Assembly: GCA_964016885.1 (NCBI GenBank)
Contig: OZ024742.1
Coordinates: forward strand, 100,440,001 to 100,504,000
DNA length: 64,000 bases
DNA from: Eledone cirrhosa
Taxonomy: Eukaryota
Direction: 5' to 3'
Under the pieces are notes generated by a model. That model saw only the letters and a list, made by a program, of their open reading frames with translations, had not been told where the DNA came from and did not search any database. Positions 41,141-54,978 of this stretch are shown here, one piece after another. Made by a program: the position numbers and the translations under genes. The stretch's first letter is position 1; the number at the start of each line of letters is the position of its first letter.

Positions 41141-42489
41141 GAGACACTGCCAGCTTCGACAATTAGTATTCAAAGTATTTCCCAGGCACATGTATACGCA
41201 ACTTATTCCATAAGAAAAACATCAGCAATTGTATACAACTCTTTGAATTTCAAGCGATTGTGAAAAAACAACTTCCGAATATGCCATGTAGTAGGATCGA
41301 ACTCTTGGCTTCATAATTGCAATTCGAATTCAATCCTTCTAACGTCCTAAATTTAGTCATATTGATCCCAGTATTTATTCAGGTCTAAGATTTATTTTAT
41401 TACTTTACGGGACATTAACGCAAACATACAAACATAAACCTAGACTATTTCACACACACGCACACACACAGACAAACACACACAGATACATACGTTATAT
41501 ATATATGTGTGTGTGGATGTGTGTACGACGGACTTTTGGAGTTCCGTCTACCAAATTCCACTTACAAGGCATTGGTTAAATGGAGGATATAGTAAAAGAC
41601 ACTTGCCCAAAGTGTGTGGCAGTGAAACGGCCTATTCTTGCAAATTAACGTGTATGTGATTGTGTATACCACAGACACGTGTACTCTTAACATAATTCTC
41701 GGCGGAATCAGTGTAACATCGTTTGATCGAACCAAGAACTGCATGGTTGTAACGCAATTGTTTTTAGCCAGACAGCGTGACCACCCAACACCACCATTAC
41801 CAATGCACACACACAGTTAGACAGAGATGACTCGTACACGACATGTCACATTTGAACCAACGTTCTGTATTATGTCCAACACAATATACCATTACCAGGG
41901 CTGTCGTAACAACTTAATAGGACCCTGGTCAAAACTATGCACTCGGCCCCATACACAGCAACGAAACATTAACACCATGCTACCACATACATAGTTTAGC
42001 TTTGCTTTCCTATACTCGTGGCGGCCCCGAGCAACTGTGCTGTGTGCCCACACCTAAAAGCGATACAGACTATTATCACTAATATTATCGCTGTCACTAT
42101 CATTACCACCATCACCACCGAAACAACAGCATCAATGTCATGGGAGCGTTTGATAGAAAGCCTCGCAGTATTTTTTATCTACGCTTTGAGTACACATCCT
42201 GTTTAGATTAGCTTTGCCTTTCATCCTTACCGGGGCTAAATTGTTAAAGAGTCGGATAAGATGTGTTGAAGTATTTGTTCTGAAGCATTTCCAGTTCCAA
42301 TCCCAGTGTGGTTTTCATCTGTAGTAAACCTTGCACGTGTCGGACAAAATAAGGGTAGCAGTTTGATAGTATCACTAAATCGCCGCAAAAAAATTGCAAC
42401 ACCTACTGGAGTTTTGATCGACCAACCCTTTCTTATCATTTGTCTGATATTGTGTCTGTGTTAGAAACAATCATTATTATAAAAACTTT

Positions 42490-42673
42490 GGATTGGCAGT
42501 ATCGGTAGAGGGTCGGACGCCATGCTTTGCAGCAAAGAGTTACGGCCCTTTATGGTCTGAGTTCAAATCCCGCCGAGGTTAACTTTGCCTTTCATCCTTA
42601 CGGGGTCGATAAAATAAAGTACCAGTAATACACTGGGATAATTGCTGGGCTTGTACCAAAAGTAGAAACAATT
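42490..42673 (+). mobile_element. SINE family A, full length
   Basis: A-box-like tggcagtatcggtaga, B-box gagttcaaatcc, and central gcctttcatccttacggggtcgataaaataaagtaccag (resembles the MetaSINE domain as I recall it). Confidence 0.9.
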
Positions 42674-42908
42674 ATTATTGGTAGAGAAAAGGGTTGACAG
42701 AATCGGTAGAACGTAGGACAAAATACCTTGTGGTATTCAGTCACAGCCCTTTCTGTTCTGAGTTCAAATTCTGCCAAGATCAATTTTGCCTTTTAATCTT
42801 CCAGGTTTGATAAAATAAAATACTGTCAAATTCTGGGGTTAATATAGTCAACTTTCCCCTCCATCCGAATTGGCGACCTTAGGATAGGCTCCGCCAGGTT
42901 TTAAAATC

Positions 42909-42960
<52 letters not shown>

Positions 42961-43119
42961 GATAATAAATTATCGTTATAGGTAATCCAGTTAGAGGTTG
43001 TGAATACTCCGTATTGTGGATAGTTTTAGTGTGCGGTGTTGTTTGACTCAACAAGAAGTTTTCTAGGTAGCGAATTTGAGTTCTCAGGAATTCCTATGCA
43101 ATTTAATCTTGGAGGAATA

Positions 43120-43223
43120 ATAGTGAAAGAGTGAAGAATAACTTGGTCAACAGTACAAAAAGGATTTTATTTACATAAAATAAAACCCTTTTTGTACTGT
43201 TCACCATGTTATTCTTCACTCTT

Positions 43224-43230
<7 letters not shown>
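43120..43230. repeat. Fold-back copy of an interspersed family (F3)
   Basis: atagtgaaagagtgaagaataac..gttattcttcactctttcactat. Related segments lie at 27755-27815, 32279-32422 and 42960-43016. Confidence 0.8.
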
Positions 43231-43268
<38 letters not shown>

Positions 43269-44083
43269 AGGGTAAAAGAAAAAATCGAACCCACCACTTG
43301 TTATATATATATAACAGCGCTGGGTTCAATTTTTTTCTTTTACCCTCTTTTTCACTTTCTTTCTTTCTATCTATCTCTCGCTTTCAATGAAAGTAATCGG
43401 CTGTGTTCTGACCTGCTAAGGGGACAGGTTCCACCAAATTTAAACGATCAAGACATGCGTGTGTCGAGACGGCGCTCCTACAACTCCATTAGCAATTCAG
43501 GGCTCTTGGAACTGTCTTTCAACTGCATTATAATATAAATTTAATAAACTTCGTTTTTATTGCGTGAAAAACGATTCACGATATCTTATCTGAGGTTGCT
43601 TTTCAACAGACAGCAATGATTGAAATGTTAACATTAAAATAACGAAGAGAAATTCAGGTCACGATAAGAAAGAAATAATGTCACACACATGCATACACAC
43701 ACATGCACATACACACGCATACACTCGCGCATACATACACGCGCATAGATACACGCGCTTACACACACACGAATACATATGCATACTTACTCATTCAGAT
43801 ACACACGCACACATATATACATATATACAGAGCCGGCACTACCATTAAGTCTGCTAGTCATCTGCTAGTCAGCCGCCTAAGGCAAAGACCTCAGAGAGGT
43901 AAATTACTGAACCTTAATGGATCACATTTGTATGTAGATTTAGATAATTAACGTAAATATAAAATAATTTCCTGCAATCAATAAATAAATTACAAAACAT
44001 CTTTGCCACGTATCAACATTGTAGAAATACCCAGAGATGGAGAATATTGTACTGTGTTATGATATCGTATGCTGTTATAATCG

Positions 44084-44456
44084 CAGACCTGTCAACTCTC
44101 CACTTCCGACGGGGAAATCTCCCACCCACTTTGGGATGGGTGAGAGATGTCTTCTCTTGTGAAAATGGGTATAGTTTTCATTATGTAGGTGGATTGGCAG
44201 TATCGGTAGAGGGTCGGACGCCATGCTTTGCGGCCCTTTATGGTATGAGTTGAAATCCCGCCGAGGTTAACTTTGCCTTTCATCCTTACGGGGTCGATAA
44301 AATAAAGTACCAGTGATACACTGTGATAATTGCTGGCCTTGTGCCAAAAGTAGAAACAATTATGTAAAAATTCCCCATTTTGACTCATTTCTCCCCGTTT
44401 TGGGGCCCTTTTTTTCATGGTACTCCCCGTTTGGGTTTATAAAGGTTGTAGGTCTG
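44084..44456. mobile_element. MITE with CAGACCT..AGGTCTG ends and 6-bp TSD (TAATCG), interrupted by a SINE
   Basis: taatcg|cagacctgtcaac ... gttgtaggtctg|taatcg. An uninterrupted homolog lies at 62807-62985. Confidence 0.8.
44188..44358 (+). mobile_element. SINE family A nested in the MITE, 8-bp TSD attatgta
   Basis: The TSD is present on both sides, and the 62807 copy lacks the insertion. Confidence 0.9.
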
Positions 44457-44704
44457 TAATCGTTCGCGTCATTTCGTATGGGTGTGTGGACTGTGTAGTA
44501 GGAAAATGAAGGCTTTAACAAGTTTCTTAGTGTTGTCAGAGCAAGATGTCGAAAACTAGATTTTCAGATTACCAAACTAAGTTGAAGTTATTTTATTCGG
44601 GACAAAAAGGTCCCATATTATAGGACAAACCTATGACGCTACAAACTCAGACGTTGACCCTGCATATTTACATATATGCCTACAGAATGCATACATAATT
44701 AATT

Positions 44705-44889
44705 AATTGTTTCTACTTTTGGCACAAGGCCAGCAATTATCCAGAGTGTATTACTGGTACTTTATTTTATCGACCCCGTAAGGATGAAAGGCAAAGTTAA
44801 CCTCGGCGGGATTTGAACTCAGGCCATAAAGGGCCGTAACTCTTTGCTGCAAAGCATGGCGTCCGACCCTCTACCGATACTGCCAATCC
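44705..44889 (-). mobile_element. SINE family A, full length
   Basis: Reverse complement of the 42490 copy with only ~5 differences. Confidence 0.9.
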
Positions 44890-45087
44890 AAAGTTTTGCC
44901 GATACTATTAGCTTCTCAAAATTGTTTTTAAGAGCCAGTAGTATCGACGAAACATCGAAGTAATCCATCACCATTCATAAATGAATATTATTATGATTTT
45001 ATACACAGTATTTGAGTCCTACATTCAGTGCATGTTTACTATATGTATTACACTTTCCTATAAAACAAGTGCAAACATATACATACA

Positions 45088-45149
<62 letters not shown>

Positions 45150-45204
45150 TGTGTGTGTGTGTGTATAGGTAAGTTATCCCGGGTTCAATCGGGGATAACC
45201 ACAG

Positions 45205-45356
45205 TAAGTAAGGTACTCAATACATAGCAGAGTATAAATATTTAATATAGAAAAGCTTCTACAGGACTAGCACTGTTTCATTCGTGAGATATCATTCCTG
45301 ATGATTTCTCACGAATGAAACAGTTCTAGTTCTGTAGAAGCTTTTCTATATTAAAC
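45205..45356 (-). mobile_element. Family F2 fold-back element with hammerhead
   Basis: ttc-CTGATGA-tttctcacgaat-GAAA-cagttctagttctg-TA-gaagc on + (~45295-45341), mirrored by the left arm. Confidence 0.85.
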
Positions 45357-45427
45357 ATATATATATATATATGTGTGTGTATGTGTGTGTGCGTGTATAT
45401 ATATGGATATATGTGTGTGTATTTAAT

Positions 45428-45494
<67 letters not shown>

Positions 45495-46692
45495 AGATAA
45501 ATCTACCAAAAGTTTACGGTAGTGTCCAATCCGTATGAAGAACTCTATGTAATCCGGATATCATGGAAAGAAGAGATGCATATATAATTTTGTACATAGA
45601 TCTTTTGAATATGCATGCCAATTCTAACACATATATGTCCTAGAAACGATTGTAAAATAATGAACTTTTTTTGTTTAATATAAGGAACTGTTTCTTTGTT
45701 TTATTCATTATTTTTTTAATATTTTATATATATATATATATATATTGTGTGTGTGTATTAAATACACGCACACACATACATATATATAAACACATATACT
45801 GTTTGTGTGTATGTCATTTTTATTGTAGACAATCAAAGTTAATAATGATATCTGTCTGTATCAGTCCTTCTATTTTGTTCTCGGAAAAAGGCAGGGATGT
45901 TACAAATACATTATAATCCCTTCATATACTCCCTCCCTCGTTCCCTAAAAAACTTAAGTTACACAGTTCATGTTTAAATAACAAAAGTCCCTCTCTTCAT
46001 AGCATCCTTTTGAATTTGTTCAATAATTCGTCCTTCCCTTACTTTCATTCCTAGTTCAGTCTTCTTTCCTTCTTTCCATATCTCTGTTCATTTCATATGG
46101 GGGCTGATAAAGGGGTTCAGTCTGTCTATCTATCTATCTTAGACATACTGTCTCTTTCACCCTTTCCTTCTTACTCATTATTTCTGTCACACCCTATTGT
46201 CTAGTTTTCTATTTTCCTATATCCTTTTTTATCTTCATTCTTTTCACCCTCGGTCAATCTATCTATCTGACTATCTAGCCATGTATCTATCTTCCTACCT
46301 GACTATCTATCTATTTATCTATCTGCCTGACTGTCCTCTTCTTTTGTGCCCTTGTGGCTAATAAAGAAATTTATCTATCCAGCTACCTATCTATCCAGCT
46401 ACCTATCTATCTACCTATCTACTTATCTATCTATCTACCTATCTATCCATCTATTTAACTAGCTAACTGTCTACCCACCTATTAGTATGTCTGTCTATCT
46501 ATCTATTTATTATATATAGTTTATTGTTATTTATTAATGTTAAAGTTATATGATTTTTATGTAAAACCCCCGCCGTCACGTCTTGTAATGTCCCATTGTT
46601 GTACGCCCCTGTGGCAAATAAAGATATCTATCTATCTATCTGACCTTACCAATCTAACTGACCTCTATCATTCACCCGGTTTGCTCCCCCCC

Positions 46693-46725
<33 letters not shown>

Positions 46726-46726
46726 T

Positions 46727-46910
46727 ATAGGAGTAAGTAAGACCCCGACGGCTGAGCTCAAGCCGTTTCGACGGCTAATTCTGTAGCCGTCGAAACGGCT
46801 TGAGCTCAGCCGTCGGGGTCTTACTTACTCCTATTACCCACTCTACTACCCTAAGTATTGAGTACTTTGGTGCGTTATGGTCCACCTGGTTCCTTACCAC
46901 TTTTCCCTCG

Positions 46911-46912
<2 letters not shown>
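46727..46912 (+). mobile_element. Family F1 fold-back copy
   Basis: Perfect ~50-bp arms at 46727-46834 around an attctg loop, followed by the family tail. Confidence 0.9.
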
Positions 46913-46989
<77 letters not shown>

Positions 46990-47039
46990 TCTTCTAGTTA
47001 TGTCTGTCTATTAATCTGTCAATCTGCTTGTCTGTTACT

Positions 47040-47144
47040 CTCACCCTGTCTCTCTTTCAATCTCTCTCTTTTTCTCTATCTTTCTTTCTCTCTCTCCCCC
47101 TCTCTCTGTCTCTATATATCTTTGTCTCTCTCTCTCTCTACCTT

Positions 47145-47178
<34 letters not shown>

Positions 47179-47280
47179 TTTCTGTCTCTCTCTCTACCTC
47201 TCTTTATCTCTATATATCTTTCTCTCTATCTCTATATCTTTCTCTCTCTCTCTCTCTCTACCTCTCTACCTCTCTCTATA

Positions 47281-47351
<71 letters not shown>

Positions 47352-47458
47352 ACCTCTCTCTCTCTCTCTATTGCTACCTCTTTCTGTCTCTCTCTACCTC
47401 TCTCTATCTCTATATATCTTTCTCTCTATCTCTACCTCTCTCTATCTCTATATATATT

Positions 47459-47493
<35 letters not shown>

Positions 47494-47728
47494 GTCTATA
47501 TCTCTATATCTTTCTCTCTCTCTCTCTACCTCTCTCCCTATCTCTATATCTTTCTGTCTCTCTCTCTCGCTCTATCTCTTTCTCTTTCTCTCTACCTATC
47601 TCTCTCTATATATATATATCTTTCTCTCTCTCTCTCTACCTCTCTCTGTCACTATATATCTCTCTCTCTATCTCTATCTCTCACTCTCTCTATCTCTATA
47701 TCTTTCTGTCTCTCTCTTTCTCTCTCTT

Positions 47729-47759
<31 letters not shown>

Positions 47760-48122
47760 TTCTGTCTCTCTCTACCCCTCTCTCTCTTTCTCTACCTCTC
47801 TCTCTCTCTCTCTGTCTCTATATCTCTCTCTCTACCTCTACCTCTACCTCTCTGTCTCTATATATCTTTCTCTCTCTCTCTACCTCTCTCTCCCTCTCTC
47901 TCTCTGTCTCTATATATCTTTCTCTCTCTACCTCACTCTCTCTGTCTCTATATATATATATATATCTCTACCTCTCTCTCTCTCTACCTCTCTCTCTCTC
48001 TACCTCTCTCTCTCTCTCTCTACCTCTCTCTCTCTCTGTCTCTATATATCGTTCTCTCTCTCTACCTCTCTCTCTCTCTACCTCTCTCTCTCTCTGTCTC
48101 TATATATCGTTCTCTCTCTCTG

Positions 48123-48163
<41 letters not shown>

Positions 48164-48200
48164 ATATATCGTTCTCTCTCTCTCTCTCTACCTCTCTCTC
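47040..48200. repeat. Long degenerate (CT)n tract
   Basis: Visible directly in the sequence. Confidence 0.9.
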
Positions 48201-49094
48201 ATACGATTCAGCTGCTATAACCGGGCTCCGTGTTTGGAAAGGAAGCACGCATGCATGAAAGATTGCGTGCATGACCGTGAATGCGTGTGAATGTGTGTGG
48301 TGTCTACACTCATGATCTGTGTGCGTGTGATGTGTATGTGTGTGTGTGTGCATACGAGCGTGTGTGTGTGTGCATACGAGCATGTGTATGTATATGCTGC
48401 CTACACATGCTTTGTATATATATATATATATATATATATATGGTGTGTGCATGGTGTCTACACTTATGATCTGTGTACGTGTGATGTGTGTACGTGGTCT
48501 GTGTATGCAGTTTACACACGATATGTGTATGTGTGATGTGTGTGCTGTCTACACACACGGTCGGTGTATGTGTGACGTGTATATGTCAGTGTGCATGTGT
48601 GATGTGTATGTGTGATGTGTATGTGTGATGTGTATGTATCAGTGTGTATGTGTATGTGTCAGTGTGCATGTGTTTGTGTCAGTGAGCATGTGTATGTGTA
48701 TGTGTGATGTGTATGTGTATGTGTGCAAGTGAAATGTGCATGTGTGATGTATGTGTCAGTGTGCATGTGTATGTGTCAGTGTGTATGTGTATGTGTAAGT
48801 GTATGTGTTTGTGTGAGTGTGCGTATGCATGTGTATGTGTATGTGTAAGTGTATGTGCATGTGTACGTGTCAGTGTGCATGTGTATGTGTCAGTGTACAT
48901 GTGTATGTGTATGTGTCAGTGTACATGTGTATGTGTAAGTGCCAGTGTACATGTGTATGTGTAAGTGTACAACATGTGTATGTGTAAGTGTAGATGTGTA
49001 TGTGTAAGTGTACATGCTAGCGTGTGTCTTTCTATTGATTTCTTTATAAATTGATGAAGATAGCCGAGCAAAGTGTCTGAGTGTCCTACCGTGT

Positions 49095-49670
49095 GTGTAT
49101 GTGTCTGTATGTATCTATATGTGTCTGTATGTATCTATGTGTATGTGTCTGTATGTATCTATATGTGTATGTGTCTGTATGTATCTATGTGTGTATGTGT
49201 CTGTATGTATCTATATGTGTATGTGTCTGTATGTATCTATATGTCTATGTGTCTGTATGTATCTATATGTGTATGTGTCTGTATGTATCTATATGTGTAT
49301 GTGTCTGTATGTATCTATTATGTGTCTGTATGTATCTATATGTGTATGTGTCTGTATGTATCTATATGTATATGTGTCTGCATATATCTATATGTGTATG
49401 TGTCTGTATGTATCTATATGTGTGTGTGTGTGTGTGTATGTATCTATATGTCTATGTGTCTGTATGTATCTATATATGTATGTGTCTGTATATATCTATA
49501 TGTGTATGTGTCTGTATGTATCTAGATGTGTATGTGTCTGTATGTATCTAGATGTGTATGTATATATATGTGTATGTGTCTGTATATATCTAGATGTGTA
49601 TGTGTCTGTATGTATCTAGATGTGTATGTATCTATATATGTATGTGTCTGTATGTATCTATATATGTATG
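49095..49670. repeat. ~26-bp degenerate minisatellite (tatgtgtctgtatgtatctatatgtg)
   Basis: Visible directly in the sequence. Confidence 0.85.
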
Positions 49671-49811
49671 TGTGTGGTACAGGAAAACAAGACGAGATGG
49701 TAAGGAGGTCTGGACTTTCTTTGAGCTAGACGTGTTGTTTAAAATAAGCAACTATAAGAGAAAGAGGAGAGATATAAACGAGTGAGAGGTGAACAATTAT
49801 ATGTGTATATA

Positions 49812-49882
<71 letters not shown>

Positions 49883-49936
49883 ATAAGTGCAAGTGAAACA
49901 TGTTAAAGTTGGCTTGTTTATTCCAATTGGCTGCGA

Positions 49937-49984
<48 letters not shown>

Positions 49985-49993
49985 CATGTATGC

Positions 49994-50052
<59 letters not shown>

Positions 50053-50128
50053 TGTATGTATGTATATATATATGCATACATACATACACACACGCATATA
50101 ACGGAGGTGGTGAGGTGGGGAGAAAGAC

Positions 50129-50164
<36 letters not shown>

Positions 50165-50274
50165 GTGACTAGGGAGATACATATAATGGGTGAAAAGAGG
50201 GAGACATAGAATGAGAGAGAAATGGGTGTTAAAAGATAGTGAAATATGAAAGAGAGGGAATAAAAATGAAATAA

Positions 50275-50510
50275 AGTAAGGAAATAGGAGAGAAAATGAA
50301 AAAGAGGGGGGATAGGAGAGAAAGTGAAAGAGAGGGGGATAAGAGTTTAAATGAAAGAGAGGGAAGATAGGAGAGAAAGTGAATGAGGGGGAGGGGAGGA
50401 GAGAAAGTGAATGAGGGGAGGGGAGGAGAGAAAATGAAAGAGAGGGGAGATAGGAGAGAAAGTGAATGAGGGGGAGAGGAGGAGAGAAAATGAAAGAGAG
50501 GGGGATGAAA
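50275..50510. repeat. Purine-rich ~25-bp degenerate tandem (ggagagaaagtgaatgagggg)
   Basis: Visible directly in the sequence. Confidence 0.8.
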
Positions 50511-50948
50511 TTGGAGTTGATGTTAAGATTGAGCAGAATTGTTCGCTCTAGACATCATTAAGGTGTCCTATGATGTTGCAACCGACATTGAGGTTAGAAC
50601 TTTTGTATATATCACCGCAGTTCTATTACAGCCACACACCATAGATATAGAGTACCAACTCACACAGATCTATTCCAGTTAGGCATCTAAAGAGAGATAT
50701 ATAGATGGTGCTCTTTATATTTCCTCTACTATGTCGTGTCCATGTGTCCACGTGTTTGTGTCTGTGTGTCTCATAACTTAGTGGTTCGACAAAACAAACA
50801 AAACAAATAAATAAACTGACTTGGGACCGATATGATCGACTATACAAGGTGGTGCTCCAACAGGACTGCAGTCCAATGACGAACCCCAGGGCTCCGTGAA
50901 ATAAGGTCTTTCAATACAATTCAATGAAAAAGAATTATTGATTTTGTT

Positions 50949-50979
<31 letters not shown>

Positions 50980-51020
50980 CGGGAATTTTCCCGCCCTATA
51001 TATATATATATATATATATA

Positions 51021-51198
51021 TACAGGTGAAATTCCGTTATAAAGGAAACCATTATAAAGAATTTTACAGTATAACGATTTTTTTTCAATCCCCGGCCACA
51101 CGCTCGATATGTTAGGTCGATCTCGTTACAAAGAATTTTTCGTTACACGAATTTTTTATACCCCGTGAATTTTTCGTTATAACGTAATTTCACTGTAT
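51021..51198. mobile_element. Tigger/pogo-like MITE
   Basis: ta|caggtgaaattccgttataa ... ttataacgtaatttcactg|ta, with internal repeated (c)gttataa motifs. Confidence 0.75.
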
Positions 51199-52282
51199 GT
51201 GTATATATATAACATGAGAAGGAAGAAGAATACTGCGTGGTTGCACATGGGTTACATATGATAAAAATAGTCCTTCGTCAGTGATTTTCCAACCATCATT
51301 GGTATTTCATCGCATTAAAAATCAGATACCTCTGGTTGGTGCGAGCAATAACTAAAAAAAGTTATTGGGACCAGTAATTCGCGTAAAGCGAGGGAGACAA
51401 GTAAACAACATCGAAGGATAAAAGCAAACCGAAGATAGGAAAATAAACAAGCAACATGGTTGTCCGGTCAGCATAAGCTGGGTGGATTTCATGAGCGAAA
51501 GGTACAGACGTCCGACGTGTGTGAGATGTAAGCATATATATATATAAGGGAGCATATTCTGTTTCTAAAGCAATTATTGTTTCAAATTAGTGTGGTGCGG
51601 GTTAAGAATCTTAAAGAATGGAAAATCCCACCTACACCGAGATATCACCTCTGCCGCCTCAGATTCTTTCATTTCTAAGAGCAATCCCGCATAACAACCT
51701 CTGAGCAAAAGGCGTTTACCTCAAACTAAACCAAACCTAATAGCCATGTAGTTTCTTCGTAAGACACCAAAACCGTTCTGGCTTTTTCTGCTCTTTTTTA
51801 CATTTTGTCCTTACAGACCAACTTATTAACATTAAAATGGCTATACTGCGTATAGGGGTATACAAATTTATATATTTTTAGTAAATGACGGAGATCCATT
51901 CCGATAGTGAATGTGTAATTGTATGCATACAATCCTTTTCAGTTCTTGACGCTGCGTTCTTTCTACTGAGATTCACTGTTGGAACACGCCACCTATACGT
52001 ACCACTAACGACACCCCCATATATTACTATATCTACCACCAGCATCAACATCACCAAAGACTATGACTATATGTACCACTAATGGTTATCTTTATGCCTA
52101 CCACCACCACCAATACTACCACTTATACCATCACAAAATACTCCTATATCTAAGATCACCACTAATACCAAGAACACAACACAAAAAGTTTACTTTATCT
52201 AACACAACCAACACCACTGTCACCACCACAGAATATAGCTATATCTCCTCCGAACACCATCACAAAATATTACTATAACTAA

Positions 52283-52468
52283 TGGTGGTGGATTGGCAGT
52301 ATCGGTAGAGAGTCGGACGTATGCTTTGACGCATAGAGTTACGGCCCTTGCCATTCTGAGTTCGAATCCCGCCGAGGTTAACTTTGCCTTTCATCCTTAC
52401 GGGGTCGATAAAATAAAGTACCAGTAATGCACTGGGTAATTGCTGGCCTTGTGTCAAAAATAGAAACA
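52283..52468 (+). mobile_element. SINE family A with 14-bp TSD
   Basis: attactataactaa occurs at 52269-52282 and 52469-52482. Confidence 0.9.
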
Positions 52469-52753
52469 ATTACTATAACTAACGCCATCAGAGAATATTA
52501 CTATAGCTAACATCACCACCACCACCACCACCACCACCATACAACTCGCAGTCTCATCTTTCTGCATCAATTAATGTATCAGTTGACGAACGCACACACG
52601 CATGCACACAAGCACACGCACACACGCGCACGCACACACACACACACATAGAGAAATGCACATAGTATATATGAACACACAACTTCAAACATACAGTCAC
52701 GTCACACTTCTTTCCTCTGGCTTCGCTTAACAATTTACACGTGTGTCGGTGTC

Positions 52754-52784
<31 letters not shown>

Positions 52785-52798
52785 AGTGTGTGTGTGAA

Positions 52799-52830
<32 letters not shown>

Positions 52831-53324
52831 GGGGGGGCAGAAATGTGTAAGTATGTTTCGTTTTGTTTCTGTGTATGTTTATGTCAGCGTGTGTCTGAAT
52901 GAATGCGTGTGTTGTATGTTTGTGTATGTGTGCCTGTATATGAGTGTGTGAAAGTGTGTGTTGTAACGTTTGTTTCTGGGCGGGTATTTTCGATGCTCGC
53001 GTCTGACGCGTGCACACTATTGCTGCAGTGAGTGCACGAGTTTAGCAATAGTCTGTTTAAATGCATGCTTGCTTTTGTTGCTGTTATCTGCGCCTAACAC
53101 GCCTTTATCTTTAGCTGGATCTGTTTGAACATGTATAACTCACTATTTATGTGTATATTTATATGCCACTTACACACACACGTTCACACACACACACATA
53201 CATGCATAAATATATATATGCATATATGCATATATATATATATATGTATATATATATGCATATATATATATACATATATATATATGCATCTATATATATG
53301 CATATATATATGCATCTATATATA

Positions 53325-53367
<43 letters not shown>

Positions 53368-54363
53368 GCATATATATACATATATATATATATATAGTAG
53401 ATAGATAGATACATAGACAACTGGTTTACTCGATGGATGTAATATCTCAAGGGAGTATAACAGATTTCGTATTGTCGTATTGTCGTATTAACTTTTTGCA
53501 TCCTTAAATGTGCCAAGTATAATTTTTCCTTTAAACAATATTAACAACAAAATAACGGCCAGAAATCGGTAGAGCGTCGGACAAAATGTCTTACTGGATT
53601 TAGTTACGTTTCTTTTCCCTTTGAGTTCAATTTCTGAAAAGGTCAACATTGACGTTCATCCGCCCAGGATCGATAAAATAAAGTGCTGTGATACACTGGG
53701 TTCGATTTCATCTACTCTTATCCATATCCTGTGAACGTAGGCATAGCTGAGTGGTTAAGAAGTTGGTAAGAAGTTGGTAATCGGGTTCGATCTCACAGTG
53801 TAACATCTTGAGTAAGTGTCTTTACCAAATCCCCTGTTCGACCAATGCTTTGTGGGTATAACTGGGTAGGCGGAAACTACGTGAAAGTCCGTCGGATTGA
53901 TTGTATATGTAACTTGTTACAATGACTCGGCCTAGGATTTACATTCAGTCTACAAGTGTCTGCGGAATACTGAACCACTTACACATTAATACACTGGTCG
54001 GACGTTCAATTGATCAAACTACTCAATGCTCATCATCGAACGAAAACGACGGAGGACTATCATTCATACCTTTAAAATAATCCTCCAGAGTCGATAAAAT
54101 AAAGTACCATGAGGTACTGAGCTCGATTTGATCGTGTTAAAAATCAATATAAATAACAACAAAAACATGTCTTAAAGCAATGCATTTCTAACATTTAATA
54201 GCACTTGATGAACTATATATAGCTTTAAAATATATTGTTACCGGACATCTAACGTTCAGACTTGCTTAAGAAATATTATCCTCCAATTACTTTCTTCAAT
54301 ATTCACACTGCCTTAGCTGACAGACAACACTGAAGTATATTAACAATAAATGACATACAGAAG

Positions 54364-54423
<60 letters not shown>

Positions 54424-54424
54424 G

Positions 54425-54463
<39 letters not shown>

Positions 54464-54473
54464 CATACAGAAG

Positions 54474-54512
<39 letters not shown>

Positions 54513-54704
54513 GGACTCTCCCGTTGTATTTCTGGGTTCAGAACTTTTCTCTACTGGTTGTATTTGGGAGTTTCATAGACAACGTCTTTGAAAGTTTTCT
54601 GCTTAAATGCATGGCTGTTTCAGACACGTACCTTCATAAACGGATTTCAAGCTCTCCTTCGTTAATCATCAACAATAATTATATAATTATACACCTTGAG
54701 CATT

Positions 54705-54734
<30 letters not shown>

Positions 54735-54737
<3 letters not shown>

Positions 54738-54935
54738 GAGAGCCGGCTGAACTGGACTGATTATAAAGGATGGATTGATGCTGGGCCGCGAAATCTTGCA
54801 TGCATTAATTTCAACTTTTCTAATTAATAACTGCATTGTTTCTTTCCAGGGACTATGTTGAAAAATAAACCTCATTCAGTCATTTCATGGGAGTATTTTA
54901 TTCAGTCTATCAACTTTTCAGTTCACCCTCCCTCA
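54735..54935. mobile_element. Decayed mariner-like MITE
   Basis: ta|cgagagccggctgaac ... ttttcagttcaccctc ends within (TA)n. Confidence 0.4.
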
Positions 54936-54944
54936 TATATATAT

Positions 54945-54978
<34 letters not shown>

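Noticed and set aside
42490-42580. tRNA gene
   Set aside because: The A/B boxes belong to a multi-copy SINE head, and no proper cloverleaf is evident.
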